Source: an uncultured virus (IMG/VR IMGVR_UViG_3300042466_001057)
Lineage: Duplodnaviria > Heunggongvirae > Uroviricota > Caudoviricetes
Virus record (IMG/VR): IMGVR_UViG_3300042466_001057
Coordinates: 1 to 64,000 of that record
Reading direction: 5' to 3' (one strand)
Length of the DNA: 64,000 nt
Shown: positions 10,061 to 20,005 of the stretch, one piece after another
How the letters are laid out: every line of letters begins with the position of its first letter
Numbering within the stretch: the first letter of the stretch is position 1
Program-made: the position numbers and the translations under genes
The notes under the pieces: generated by a model
Seen by the model: only the letters and a program-made list of their open reading frames with translations
What the model was told of the DNA's origin: nothing
The model's database searches: none

Positions 10061-10975
10061 CTATTTTCTTACAATATTATAATTTTTTTCAAAAAATTCA
10101 ATAGTTTCTTTTAGTCCCTCATATAGTGGTGTGAATTTAAAATCAGGTAAATAATTTTTTATCTTACTATTATCACTTGGTTTTCTAAATTGACCATCTG
10201 GTTTATCAGTATCCCAAGTTACGTTACCTTTATAATTCATTAACTCAACTATTATTCCAACCACCTCTTTAATTGATATTTCTTCGGACGTTGAGAGTAT
10301 TATTGGTTCGGATTCGGTGTAGTTATCTAAAACCCATTCGGTTAGTTTTGCAACATCCTTACTAAATATGAACTCCCTTAATGGTTTACCTGTGCCCCAT
10401 ATTTCAAAATTAGTTTTATTTTCTCTCGCTAAATAACACTTATGGATTAATGATGGTATTACGTGTCCGTTTTCTATGTTGTAGTTATCGTTTGGTCCAT
10501 ATATGTTAGTTGGTATCACCGATTTATAGTTTAACCCATACTGTTCTTTATATGATCTGATTTGGATATCCGCCATTCGTTTTGCGTAGGCGTAAGCGTC
10601 GTTTGATGTGTGGGGTGGACCTAAATGTATTTTCGATTCAGTAAGTGGATACTCTACGTTATCTGGAAATATACATGTAGATAAAAAAGCAACTAAGTTT
10701 TTAACCTTAAATGATCTAGCGGATTCAATGATGTTTGTGTTCATCATAATATTATCGTAGAAAAACTCACCTTTGTATTTCATATTACTACCAACACCAC
10801 CAACTTTAGCGGCACAATGAATAATTCCATCAAAATGGTTTAAATCAAAAAATTCATTAACTTGACTTGTGTTTCTAAAATCAACATCTATTGATGTCGG
10901 CTTAATGTATTTTTTTTGCGCAAATTCAGTCCCTACTAAACCGTAACCACCCGTTACTAATATTTTATTTTCCAT
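10061..10975 (-). CDS. fcl: GDP-L-fucose synthase (GDP-4-keto-6-deoxymannose epimerase/reductase)
   Basis: TGGYGLVG, AAKVGG, STCIFP, YAYAK, PTNIYGP, HVIPSLIHK, WGTGKPLREF and KPDG. Confidence 0.92.
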   Translation of the reverse strand: MENKILVTGGYGLVGTEFAQKKYIKPTSIDVDFRNTSQVNEFFDLNHFDGIIHCAAKVGGVGSNMKYKGEFFYDNIMMNTNIIESARSFKVKNLVAFLSTCIFPDNVEYPLTESKIHLGPPHTSNDAYAYAKRMADIQIRSYKEQYGLNYKSVIPTNIYGPNDNYNIENGHVIPSLIHKCYLARENKTNFEIWGTGKPLREFIFSKDVAKLTEWVLDNYTESEPIILSTSEEISIKEVVGIIVELMNYKGNVTWDTDKPDGQFRKPSDNSKIKNYLPDFKFTPLYEGLKETIEFFEKNYNIVRK

Positions 10976-11942
10976 AATATTTTAACCAATATTCAACCAT
11001 CTCATCTAACATGGTTTCAAATGTATATGAAGGTTGCCAGGTTAATTCTTTTCTTAATTTTGACGAATCACCTTTTAAGTTTTCCAATTCTTCAGGTCTA
11101 AAATGTTTCTCATCAACAACGATGTAATCTAAATAATTTAAACCCAATGAACTAAAAACGTATTCACATAAGTCTTTTACTGAATGAGAAACACCTGTTG
11201 CACACACATAATCATCTGGTTTATCTGATTGTAACATTAACCACATTGCTTCAACATAATCTTTGGCGTGTCCCCAATCCCTCGTTGCTGATAAATTACC
11301 TATATGTAATTTGTCTTGTAATCCTAAACTTACTCTAACCGCCGCTTTAACAACTTTATTAGTTACGAAGTTTGTTCCACGTCTTGGTGATTCATGATTA
11401 AATAGAATACCATTCCATATTTTCATTCCATACGAATTTCTATAGTTTCTACAAATATTATATGAAAATACTTTAGCACAACCATACGGAGATACCGGAT
11501 CCATCGGAGTTGTTTCTCTTTGGTACCCGTCCTTGTCAATATTATTACCAAACATTTCAGAAGAAGATGCTTGATAAATTTTTGAGTGGGGTGATACCAT
11601 TCTTACTGATTCCAATAGATTTAGAGTTCCTAACCCTGTTGCGTTTGCGGTATATATTGGTTGATCGAAACTAACCCTAACGTGTGATTGTGCTGCTAAA
11701 TTATAGATCTCATCCGGTTGCACCATTTGTAATACCCTAACTAAAGAAGCCATATCTGTTAGATCGGCATATTCTAATTTAACTTTATTATTATCTCTAA
11801 GTTTATCAATCCTATTAGATTGCGTTTCTGAAACCGAATTTCTTTTTACTGTTCCCCAAACCTCATACCCCTTACTAACTAAAAATTCCGCAAGGTAAGA
11901 TCCATCCTGACCGTTAATACCGGTAATTAACGACTTTCTCAT
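10965..11942 (-). CDS. gmd: GDP-mannose 4,6-dehydratase
   Basis: LITGINGQDGSYLAE, YNLAAQSHV, YQASSSEMFG, SPYGCAK, LFNHESPRRG and RDWGHAKDYV. Confidence 0.95.
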   Translation of the reverse strand: MRKSLITGINGQDGSYLAEFLVSKGYEVWGTVKRNSVSETQSNRIDKLRDNNKVKLEYADLTDMASLVRVLQMVQPDEIYNLAAQSHVRVSFDQPIYTANATGLGTLNLLESVRMVSPHSKIYQASSSEMFGNNIDKDGYQRETTPMDPVSPYGCAKVFSYNICRNYRNSYGMKIWNGILFNHESPRRGTNFVTNKVVKAAVRVSLGLQDKLHIGNLSATRDWGHAKDYVEAMWLMLQSDKPDDYVCATGVSHSVKDLCEYVFSSLGLNYLDYIVVDEKHFRPEELENLKGDSSKLRKELTWQPSYTFETMLDEMVEYWLKYYGK

Positions 11943-12799
11943 TTTTTAATTAAGTTTTCATATTTATCAATATTTTTCAATAAGTATGATGGGTAAGTAT
12001 CATCAATCTCAACCTTAGTTAATTTACCTCTAAAAAACGGGTCTGTATTCGACATAATGTTATTTTTAACATTATCTTTATAATATGATTTATTATATTC
12101 TTGATGAGCGTAAGCTTCTATTTTTTCGATTACTTTAGATTCACCACCCATAAAACTAAAATGCCAACCACCATTAGAAATCGTTTTGGTTGTGTGTTTA
12201 TTTTGTCTTAAACTATTTAAAGATATTGTTTTTAATTTTCCCCAAGTACAAGCTTTGGGTCCAGACCAATTTTTTTCTTTAAGTATATTCACATAATAAT
12301 AATACATGTTTTGGTTAAAGTTAAAAACGTCACCACCAATATTTTTCATTTTTTCTATTTCCATTGGATTAGGGATTTCATCTACATCGGATATAATAAT
12401 AATATCATTATCGTTACAATTAATCAAACCTTTAATTATTGATTCTCTTTGATAAGTTTCAATACCCCACTGTGTTTCATGTCGTGGCCAGTTAGGTGAT
12501 TCGTCAACACGTTTTAATATTTTATTTTTCAATAGTTCTTCATCTGTTATTGGATTATTAAAATAATTTATCGTCAAAAAACTACTTGGTGAATCATCAA
12601 TAATAACGTGGATTATTTTATCGTTAAACTTATCAAACAAATGTCTATTTTCTTGGAAGAATAATTGTTTAGGTTTAGAACTAAAAGTTACTGTAGATTC
12701 GACAACGACAAAATAATCTACAACATCGTTTAAAATATTCATTCTCAATTCAAGTAATTCTAATTCATTAAAGAATAAAAAAGCATCATATATTTTCAT
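11939..12799 (-). CDS. Glycosyltransferase family 17 (GnT-III-like)
   Basis: IYDAFLFFNELELLELR, VVESTVTFS, QRE, ISDVDEIP, GGWHFSF and YAHQE. Confidence 0.85.
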   Translation of the reverse strand: MKIYDAFLFFNELELLELRMNILNDVVDYFVVVESTVTFSSKPKQLFFQENRHLFDKFNDKIIHVIIDDSPSSFLTINYFNNPITDEELLKNKILKRVDESPNWPRHETQWGIETYQRESIIKGLINCNDNDIIIISDVDEIPNPMEIEKMKNIGGDVFNFNQNMYYYYVNILKEKNWSGPKACTWGKLKTISLNSLRQNKHTTKTISNGGWHFSFMGGESKVIEKIEAYAHQEYNKSYYKDNVKNNIMSNTDPFFRGKLTKVEIDDTYPSYLLKNIDKYENLIKK

Positions 12800-13707
12800 A
12801 TCAATTTTTTGTTTTTGTAATAATTTATTGCTTCAGTTTTACATGTTTCATAATCAGATAAATTACCTTCTCTATCCATGTATGTGAAACATCTGGTGTA
12901 AGCGTCACCGGTTGCCCAATAACCATTACTAACGTTATGTCTAGACCAATACTTAGGTGCGATTATTTTGTTGGTGTTTTCATTTAACCACGCGGCCCAC
13001 CAACCAAACGTTGAATTTGAGATGATTAACCATTTGGCTTGATTAACAACATAAAAATCAAAACCTACATCCACATGTATTGATTGTATTTGGAATGGCA
13101 TAAAACTATCGGCACATTGTACATCATCAGTTATTAATAAAAATCTCATATTAGGATTTATCGATAACATATGGTCTATAGCATTTTTCCAATATTCTTT
13201 TCTTAATAAAACGTTTGGGATATTTCTGTATTCACCGCCCCTAAAATTAATGACACATAAATTATCATCTAAAGTAATACCCATATCAGATAACAAACTA
13301 TCATAATGGTTTTTTGATTCTACTTTAATTTCGAACCATTTTTTAATGTCTTCTTTTCTATCTATTATGTAGTCTTCTGATTGGTAAATTCCACCTTTGG
13401 CTCCATTATGACCAAGCATAATTGTGTTATCACTAATATGATATAGCGACTCATTTAACATTGTTATATTAACTTCATCCACATGGTGTATAGTCCTCCA
13501 TGGCTCATGATATTCGTTTGTTATTCCTTCGACTGTTTTACCAAAGTCTACATTCATAAACGTCATTTGGCTTTGACCATTAAAATAATCATGGCTAGTT
13601 GTGGGGTTTATACCCCACTCGTAACCTAGTTTTTCGGATATGGTCCTACATACAGCATATTGCCACATATGGTTACCTAAATTACCTGTTAAATTGGTTG
13701 TTATCAT
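12796..13707 (-). CDS. Glycosyltransferase family 11 (alpha-1,2-fucosyltransferase-like), divergent
   Basis: GNLGNHMWQYA, YQSEDY and ISNSTFGWWAAWL; the donor motif reads NFRGGEY instead of HxRRGDY. Confidence 0.8.
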   Translation of the reverse strand: MITTNLTGNLGNHMWQYAVCRTISEKLGYEWGINPTTSHDYFNGQSQMTFMNVDFGKTVEGITNEYHEPWRTIHHVDEVNITMLNESLYHISDNTIMLGHNGAKGGIYQSEDYIIDRKEDIKKWFEIKVESKNHYDSLLSDMGITLDDNLCVINFRGGEYRNIPNVLLRKEYWKNAIDHMLSINPNMRFLLITDDVQCADSFMPFQIQSIHVDVGFDFYVVNQAKWLIISNSTFGWWAAWLNENTNKIIAPKYWSRHNVSNGYWATGDAYTRCFTYMDREGNLSDYETCKTEAINYYKNKKLI

Positions 13708-13708
13708 T

Positions 13709-14566
13709 TTAATTGTCGTTTAAAAAATTTATTAATGATCTTTTTTTAGAATCAACATACGATTTAGTACACCACTCACACCAATTTGAGGATTTAAAGT
13801 GTATTAGTGTTTTAATATTATTAATTTCAATAAAATCAAGATAGTATGGTTTAGGAAACTCATATTTTTTTAAAATATTATACATTTCTTTATAACGATA
13901 AATAACCCGATTAGATTTGTTTATTTTATCTATTGGGTAATTATTGGGTTTGTCCCATTTAACTATGTCATCACCATCAAATTCAACCACACAATCATTA
14001 TTTAGTCCACCACTAATAACATTACCAACAACATCGTATATCATAAATAAATTAAAGTGTTTTTTTGTGTATTTATCGTCATTAGTTAATAAAGATGATT
14101 GACCAAACGTGTCGGTACCATGAATGACGTGAGGTCTAAAATCTAAATTTAGATCTATTTTTTGAGTATTAATACCAAAAACCCCAGACCACATTAACAC
14201 CTTATCAGGTTGGTATGTTGGTATATAAAATAAGTCGTGGTTAAATAATTCGTCTACGTTAAAGTCATTTATAAAAAACATGTCAGAATCAATTTTAAAA
14301 ACATATTTTTTATTAAGATATTTAAACGATTCATTTAATGCGTTTCCCGCAATATAACTTGGTTGTGTATTGTAATTAACACTTATTTTTATATTTTTTA
14401 TACCTAATTCTTCACAAACAACTTCATTTCTTTTTGACTGATCGTTTGTTGATGCGTTGTTAAATACGATATATTCATAATTGCCCCTAACATATTTTTT
14501 TATTGAATTATATTGTAATTTTATAAAATCCTCATGTCTATCAAATATGGATATGATTGTGACCAT
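13709..14566 (-). CDS. Putative GT-A glycosyltransferase
   Basis: FIKLQY..., IVFNNA and IDSDMFFI (DxD). Confidence 0.55.
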   Translation of the reverse strand: MVTIISIFDRHEDFIKLQYNSIKKYVRGNYEYIVFNNASTNDQSKRNEVVCEELGIKNIKISVNYNTQPSYIAGNALNESFKYLNKKYVFKIDSDMFFINDFNVDELFNHDLFYIPTYQPDKVLMWSGVFGINTQKIDLNLDFRPHVIHGTDTFGQSSLLTNDDKYTKKHFNLFMIYDVVGNVISGGLNNDCVVEFDGDDIVKWDKPNNYPIDKINKSNRVIYRYKEMYNILKKYEFPKPYYLDFIEINNIKTLIHFKSSNWCEWCTKSYVDSKKRSLINFLNDN

Positions 14567-15234
14567 TAACTTATTTCGTATAACATATTATTATTTATTT
14601 TGAAATTACATGACCATATAGTGTATAATGACCTTTCCACAATATGTGATTCTATCGGTAATGTTTCGTACCCAACGAACTTACGAAGATTTTTATAGAA
14701 TTCTATGTTGTACTTTAAAATGTTATTTTTAGGTACCACATAATTACCTCCAGGGGCAAACGTAACGTAATCAGGATGAAAAGGATCCTCAAATATTGTA
14801 TTTAAAAAATCATTATAACCCTTAAAATATTTTTTAGGGTGTTGGGTATTCATATACCAACCGTTATTGATTTCGCTAAAATACCCATCACTAGAAAACA
14901 TGCAAATCGGCATATATGGGGTGTGTAATTTGTAGTCGAATATTGGAGTAAAAAACTGATTATTCATTAATGATTCAAACACCTCTTTACTGACGTGTCT
15001 TGGGAAAACATTTCCTTTTACAAATGTTGTATACTCAGGTAAATCCCCATAATTATCAATGATAAATGTCATCATATCATAAATGTTATAACCAACATTA
15101 GGTGATTTAATAACGTTTAAACCATCTAAATTAGGATTGTTGTCACTTCTATCATATATCACATAAGGGTTGTCATATTCTTTAACCCAATTTACGTCGT
15201 TATTGAAATTTGAAATGCATAAAAAATTTTTCAT
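14566..15234 (-). CDS. DUF3431-like putative glycosyltransferase
   Basis: NDVNWV...IYDR...PNVG...FIIDNYGDLPEYTTFVKGNVFPRH...FAPGGNYVV...ER pattern. Confidence 0.7.
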   Translation of the reverse strand: MKNFLCISNFNNDVNWVKEYDNPYVIYDRSDNNPNLDGLNVIKSPNVGYNIYDMMTFIIDNYGDLPEYTTFVKGNVFPRHVSKEVFESLMNNQFFTPIFDYKLHTPYMPICMFSSDGYFSEINNGWYMNTQHPKKYFKGYNDFLNTIFEDPFHPDYVTFAPGGNYVVPKNNILKYNIEFYKNLRKFVGYETLPIESHIVERSLYTIWSCNFKINNNMLYEIS

Positions 15235-15264
15235 AATTAATTAAAATATTTAAAGTTTGTTTTA

Positions 15265-16032
15265 TCATATTTTGTATTTAACCCAATAATGTACTTCATT
15301 ATTTGGGTTATCATCGATTTTTATAATCGGAGATGTAATATTTCGTTTACTCCTAAAGTCCTCAATAGCCATTTTACACCCCATATGATAATAATCATCA
15401 ACTATACAATACCCCCCAACGGAAAGCTTATCATATAATGATTCTAAAACCTGTATTGTTGATTCATACATATCACCATCTAATCTTAAAATAGATATTT
15501 TATCAACAGGAAAATTAGGCATCGTATCTTTAAACCAACCCTTAACAAAAATTACGTTATCATCTAATAATTTAAATTTTTTAAAATTGTTTTTAACGTC
15601 ATCTAATGAAACACTCAACATTGGGTCTAAATAATGCGTATCGTTTGTATCTTGATGGTACTCCGGACTTGGTTTTGGTAAACCTTCAAATGAGTCCGCA
15701 CAATACACTTTTCTATTTGTGTCTAATTCGTTGTAAATTGACTTTGCTAAAATACATGCTCCCCCTTTCCAAACTCCAGTCTCAACAAAATCTCCCTCAA
15801 TATTATTTTCTATGGTTTTTTTAATTACCTCATGGATGTTTTCTAATGCCGTCCAAGGTAGTAGAGTTAATCTATATTTTTCACCCCAATTAATTAATGG
15901 GTGAAATGGTGTTGTAGACACTATGTGTGAGATTTCATCTTCAGATAACTCTTCATCATTAAAAAATTTTTTATGATAAAAACTTAAATTTTCTGAGTCT
16001 ACAATTAATCTTTTTACTAATTCTGATTTCAT
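15265..16032 (-). CDS. TylF/MycF-family sugar O-methyltransferase
   Basis: GDFVETGVWKGG, DSFEGLP, KGWFKDT, LRLDGDMYEST and GGYCIVDDY. Confidence 0.9.
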   Translation of the reverse strand: MKSELVKRLIVDSENLSFYHKKFFNDEELSEDEISHIVSTTPFHPLINWGEKYRLTLLPWTALENIHEVIKKTIENNIEGDFVETGVWKGGACILAKSIYNELDTNRKVYCADSFEGLPKPSPEYHQDTNDTHYLDPMLSVSLDDVKNNFKKFKLLDDNVIFVKGWFKDTMPNFPVDKISILRLDGDMYESTIQVLESLYDKLSVGGYCIVDDYYHMGCKMAIEDFRSKRNITSPIIKIDDNPNNEVHYWVKYKI

Positions 16033-16046
16033 ATTTTTTTAAAAAA

Positions 16047-16075
16047 AATATAATAAATTTATTATTTTAAGTAAA
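16047..16075 (-). promoter_or_regulatory. Candidate host-RNAP-type promoter for the TylF-like gene
   Basis: The minus strand reads TTTACT-N17-TATATT in a 105-bp intergenic gap. Confidence 0.3.
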
Positions 16076-16137
16076 CAATCGATTATAAAAATTTAAAACA
16101 TTATAATTACCCTCATAAAATATAGTATTTAAAGTTA

Positions 16138-16596
16138 TCACATCAAATTTTTATATTGGTTATTTGTCCCTAAATAATTATGAAAGGCGAACGGTTTAAT
16201 ACCTTGTATTTCAGGTATCATACTTTCATGGGAAAAATATTTGGCAACGTCTATATCGGCAAAGACACATCCCTCCTCTAAATATCCATCAATCTTTAAT
16301 GCTGCTTTTTCATCTGCCGTATTTACATCACCGTTTACAACATCAATTAAATCCTCCCAGTGGTCAAATGGATAATCTTGTGCAAAGAAAGTATATTCTG
16401 ATAGATTGTCATAGTTAGTTAATATATGGTTAAAAAATGTATGAACACATCGCCCAAAATTAGGTTCAATTAATATCTCACTATTTTGTAAAGGTAAAAC
16501 ATTGCCTTTACGATAAATTGTTTTCTTAACATTATTGTTAATCTTGTTTAACCAATCTGTTGGTTTATCATATGCTGCAATTACTATTTCTTTCAT
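16138..16596 (-). CDS. Chimeric DUF3431 (N-half) / DUF5672-like (C-tail) protein, possibly a pseudogene
   Basis: Start moved to MKEIVIAAY. The N-part resembles 14566..15234, and the last ~48 aa resemble the C-terminus of 17943..18644. Confidence 0.6.
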   Translation of the reverse strand: MKEIVIAAYDKPTDWLNKINNNVKKTIYRKGNVLPLQNSEILIEPNFGRCVHTFFNHILTNYDNLSEYTFFAQDYPFDHWEDLIDVVNGDVNTADEKAALKIDGYLEEGCVFADIDVAKYFSHESMIPEIQGIKPFAFHNYLGTNNQYKNLM

Positions 16597-16600
16597 TATA

Positions 16601-17245
16601 TTAATTTTTTCCAATAAAAACTATGCTTTTGTATAAACTAATGAATGATATGTTAAGCTCCCACCAAGTCATCTCACCCAAAATTTTATCTTGGTAAAAA
16701 TGGTCTTTTGAGATATTTTTTATTTCAGCTAAACCGCATTTACCGTTAGAATTAACTATATCTAATAATTCTTTAAGTCTATCCATAAACTCAGTTTCAT
16801 TTGGGCTGAAAATATCCCAATAACAGCAATGTAAGTCTTCAACAACATATAAACCATCGTTATTTAACAACGGAAATAAAAAATCAAAAGTTTTTTTCAT
16901 GTCCTTGCTTTTATGAGATCCATCATCAATAATAATATCAAATGGGCCATACATGTCGTTTAATTTTTTTAACTCATCTAAATTTGTTTGGTCACAAACA
17001 AAAGTTTTAATCCTGTCAGTATCCATACTTGAACAGTCAATAATATCTATACCATATATTTTTGAATTTGAAAAATATTCTTCCCACGTCTTTAATGAAA
17101 ACCCGTTAAAAATACCAATTTCTAATATTTTTAATTCTTTATCTTTGTAAGTTGAAAAGAATTTTTCGTATTTTTCGGAGTAATTGTGTAAATTACTAGC
17201 CTTATCCGTCCCGTATTTTATACAGAGGTTATTTATTAAACCCAT
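16601..17245 (-). CDS. SAM-dependent sugar O-methyltransferase (MycE/TylE/ElmMI-like)
   Basis: YGTDK...HNY, LEIGI, GIDI, DQ, FDIIIDDGSH and GLYVVEDL. Confidence 0.8.
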   Translation of the reverse strand: MGLINNLCIKYGTDKASNLHNYSEKYEKFFSTYKDKELKILEIGIFNGFSLKTWEEYFSNSKIYGIDIIDCSSMDTDRIKTFVCDQTNLDELKKLNDMYGPFDIIIDDGSHKSKDMKKTFDFLFPLLNNDGLYVVEDLHCCYWDIFSPNETEFMDRLKELLDIVNSNGKCGLAEIKNISKDHFYQDKILGEMTWWELNISFISLYKSIVFIGKN

Positions 17246-17247
17246 AA

Positions 17248-17916
17248 TTAATAATTTTTAATTTTTATGTATATGTCCCCAAATTCAAATTTAAAATCTT
17301 TAACAGATTCTATGTACGAAAATAAATCTTTTTTATTTAACCATTTATCAAATTTAAAATCCAAATCTTCTCTATAACCATAATTGTAGACACACTCTCC
17401 ATTTATAGTTTCGATATAATTGATACAATCAACTGATGATTGACATAATTCTGGTGTGAATTCAATTGAAATTACGTCAATAGGTATAGTCAAACCTTTT
17501 AGGACGTTTAATTCATAACCTTCAACATCTATTTTTATGTAATTAGGGGTGCCATATTTTAATATCATGTTGTCTAACGTATCTACGTCTATATTAATTT
17601 TCTCATTCCACACATAACCATTAAATCTTTCGGTTTTGACGGTATTTATAAACTCTTCTGACATCGATGATATAGTGTCGTGAGAAGCAACATATATAAA
17701 AGAATTCCCTTTTTTGTTACTTAGACCTATAGGTTCTATAATTATTCGATCATTACCACCGAACCTGTTATTTAATTTATTTACACAATTAGGTTGGGGT
17801 TCAAACCCAATAACCTTAGTGTTATATGAAAGGTATTCATTTGCTTTATTGCCAACGTTGCACCCAACATCAAAAACTAAATAACCCTCTTTTAATATAT
17901 TATCTAAAATACTCAT
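17248..17916 (-). CDS. FkbM-family methyltransferase
   Basis: FDVGCNVG, GFEPQP, TLD and IKIDVEGYELNVLKG. Confidence 0.9.
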   Translation of the reverse strand: MSILDNILKEGYLVFDVGCNVGNKANEYLSYNTKVIGFEPQPNCVNKLNNRFGGNDRIIIEPIGLSNKKGNSFIYVASHDTISSMSEEFINTVKTERFNGYVWNEKINIDVDTLDNMILKYGTPNYIKIDVEGYELNVLKGLTIPIDVISIEFTPELCQSSVDCINYIETINGECVYNYGYREDLDFKFDKWLNKKDLFSYIESVKDFKFEFGDIYIKIKNY

Positions 17917-17942
17917 ATTTGTTTGTTTGTTTTTTTTTATAT

Positions 17943-18644
17943 TTAAAATCTTGGATATATATGATTTGTTCCTGCGTATCTATGGAACATAAATGGTTTA
18001 ACACCATTTTTAACGTCTTCTAATATTTCGGGAATCATACACCCGTGTGAGAACGATTTAGCAACATTTAAATCCGGAAAACGCATTCCGTGTTGCATAA
18101 ATATATGCCTATTATTTACACTAATAAAACCATCCTCGTTCCAATAACCATGAAATGGTTTCCATTCCATATCTAATGATATAGGTAAATCCATTAACCT
18201 TTTACTTCTAAGACCAACACTATTCCCAACTCTTATTATTTCACCGTTGACATCTCTGTAAGAAAAAGTATCACTAGGTAAAAACCATGGAGACCCAATA
18301 TAATCATAATTTAAGAATTCTGGATTCCATGAAGAAGCATTTACCACAAATCCATCATGATGTATTATTATAGCATACTCAGTTTCAATAAAACTACCAA
18401 GTTTATAAACCATAAAATAATTCCATTGGTCTTTTCCGCCACCAAGATTCTCTCTAATTGGGTGTGTTAATTTATCTATTTTTTCGTGTTTGATGTAGCT
18501 TGGTAAATTATTAGGACAAACGTCAGATAATAATTTTACCGCACCAAATTCTATATCTTTGCAACTATATTCCAAAGCCTTTACATGTGCATCAATGTTA
18601 ACTGAAGTTACTGCCACTAAAGTAATGTTTTCTAATTTAAGCAT
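17943..18644 (-). CDS. DUF5672-like putative glycosyltransferase
   Basis: IETEYAIIIHHDGFVVN, YDYIGSPW, VGNSVGLRSKRL, NEDGFI, AKSFS and PFMFH. Confidence 0.7.
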   Translation of the reverse strand: MLKLENITLVAVTSVNIDAHVKALEYSCKDIEFGAVKLLSDVCPNNLPSYIKHEKIDKLTHPIRENLGGGKDQWNYFMVYKLGSFIETEYAIIIHHDGFVVNASSWNPEFLNYDYIGSPWFLPSDTFSYRDVNGEIIRVGNSVGLRSKRLMDLPISLDMEWKPFHGYWNEDGFISVNNRHIFMQHGMRFPDLNVAKSFSHGCMIPEILEDVKNGVKPFMFHRYAGTNHIYPRF

Positions 18645-19995
18645 ATATTTTTTTTAGTTTTTCTGTTTCTAAATTTTTTATTGATTCAGGAATATTATTA
18701 CTCAATCTTTCTGGTGAAATACGATTAACTATAACATATTCGTTTAGTATTTTTATATCACCATATTTATCTCTCATCCTCATATAATACTCAACATCCA
18801 TTAACCAATTTAAATCTTCGTCAAAAAAAATCAAGTCTTTATTATGTATAGTCACATTAGTTGGTGATCCTATTTTATTATTGCCGGTCCATATGTCATC
18901 AACCCATTTTGGATTAAACGACCAACTTATTGTTCTTCCATCATAAGTGACGTGTGTAAATGCTGCAAACCATTTTGTATTTGGGTTGTTTATAATAAAA
19001 TTATAGTGTTTCTCTAAAGACTCATTACCATTTAAATAATCATCTTGAAAAAGTATTTTAATCCATTTACCGCTACAATTAGACATTGCATTATTAATGT
19101 TAGGTGAAATAATACCCCTACCATGTTCGTTTCTTAAATATTTTATTTTTAATACTGACTCCCATTTTTTAACCACTTCAAATATAGTGTCATCAATACT
19201 ATGATCCGATATTACAACTTCAAAATCTTTAAACGTTTGATTACTTAAAATCTCTAAACTGTGGTTTAAAAATTCAGACCCTCTACCGTTATACCCGTAG
19301 GTTGGAATTGCGACAGAAAAAAAAGGTGAGTTTAATTTATCTAAAGACATTGTTGTGTTTTTTGGTACGTGATTAGGTGATTCTGCTGGAGTTACATTTT
19401 TAGTTTTAGATGCCAATGCATACATTGTTTTAGTTTCTGTCCCGACATTAAAGACACCTGAGTTATTTTCATTAATTAATTTTATTATTATGGATGAAAT
19501 CTCATTAACATAATCAAAATTACCAATTTGATCAGACCATGCATTTTCATATGGAAATGGTGTTGGTTTGTGTGTGCATCTACATATTAGGTAATCGTTC
19601 GATAATAACTGAACTAACCCGTCACCAAGTAATTTTGTGTAACCATACCAATTATTACAGTGTACCGGAACGTCTTCTTCTGTTGCGTTTTCTATCGATC
19701 CGGTATATAAGTAATCGGTGGATATGTGGATGAGTTTTTTATTTAATACGTTACAATAATCGATTAAATTATAAACAAACTTATAATTTAATTCCCAGTG
19801 ATCATCCCTATCTTTTGAGTATGTATCTGTATTCGCAATACAATTTAAAATAATGTCGTACGAATCCATCATACCCATCCAAACATTAAAATTTTTTATG
19901 TCAAGATTGTTTTTTTTTCTTGATATAAAATCCCACTCTGTTTGTTTAACAATTTCTGACCCAAGTAATCCGTCACCTAAAACTAAAACCTTCAT
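18637..19995 (-). CDS. RmlD-like NDP-4-keto-sugar reductase fused to a GT2 glycosyltransferase
   Basis: Start moved to MKVLVLGDGLLG. N-domain has HISTDY and YGYTK; C-domain has FSVAIPTY, QTFKDFEVVISD and LFQDD. Confidence 0.8.
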   Translation of the reverse strand: MKVLVLGDGLLGSEIVKQTEWDFISRKKNNLDIKNFNVWMGMMDSYDIILNCIANTDTYSKDRDDHWELNYKFVYNLIDYCNVLNKKLIHISTDYLYTGSIENATEEDVPVHCNNWYGYTKLLGDGLVQLLSNDYLICRCTHKPTPFPYENAWSDQIGNFDYVNEISSIIIKLINENNSGVFNVGTETKTMYALASKTKNVTPAESPNHVPKNTTMSLDKLNSPFFSVAIPTYGYNGRGSEFLNHSLEILSNQTFKDFEVVISDHSIDDTIFEVVKKWESVLKIKYLRNEHGRGIISPNINNAMSNCSGKWIKILFQDDYLNGNESLEKHYNFIINNPNTKWFAAFTHVTYDGRTISWSFNPKWVDDIWTGNNKIGSPTNVTIHNKDLIFFDEDLNWLMDVEYYMRMRDKYGDIKILNEYVIVNRISPERLSNNIPESIKNLETEKLKKIYA

Positions 19996-20005
19996 CCCTA
20001 AAAAA

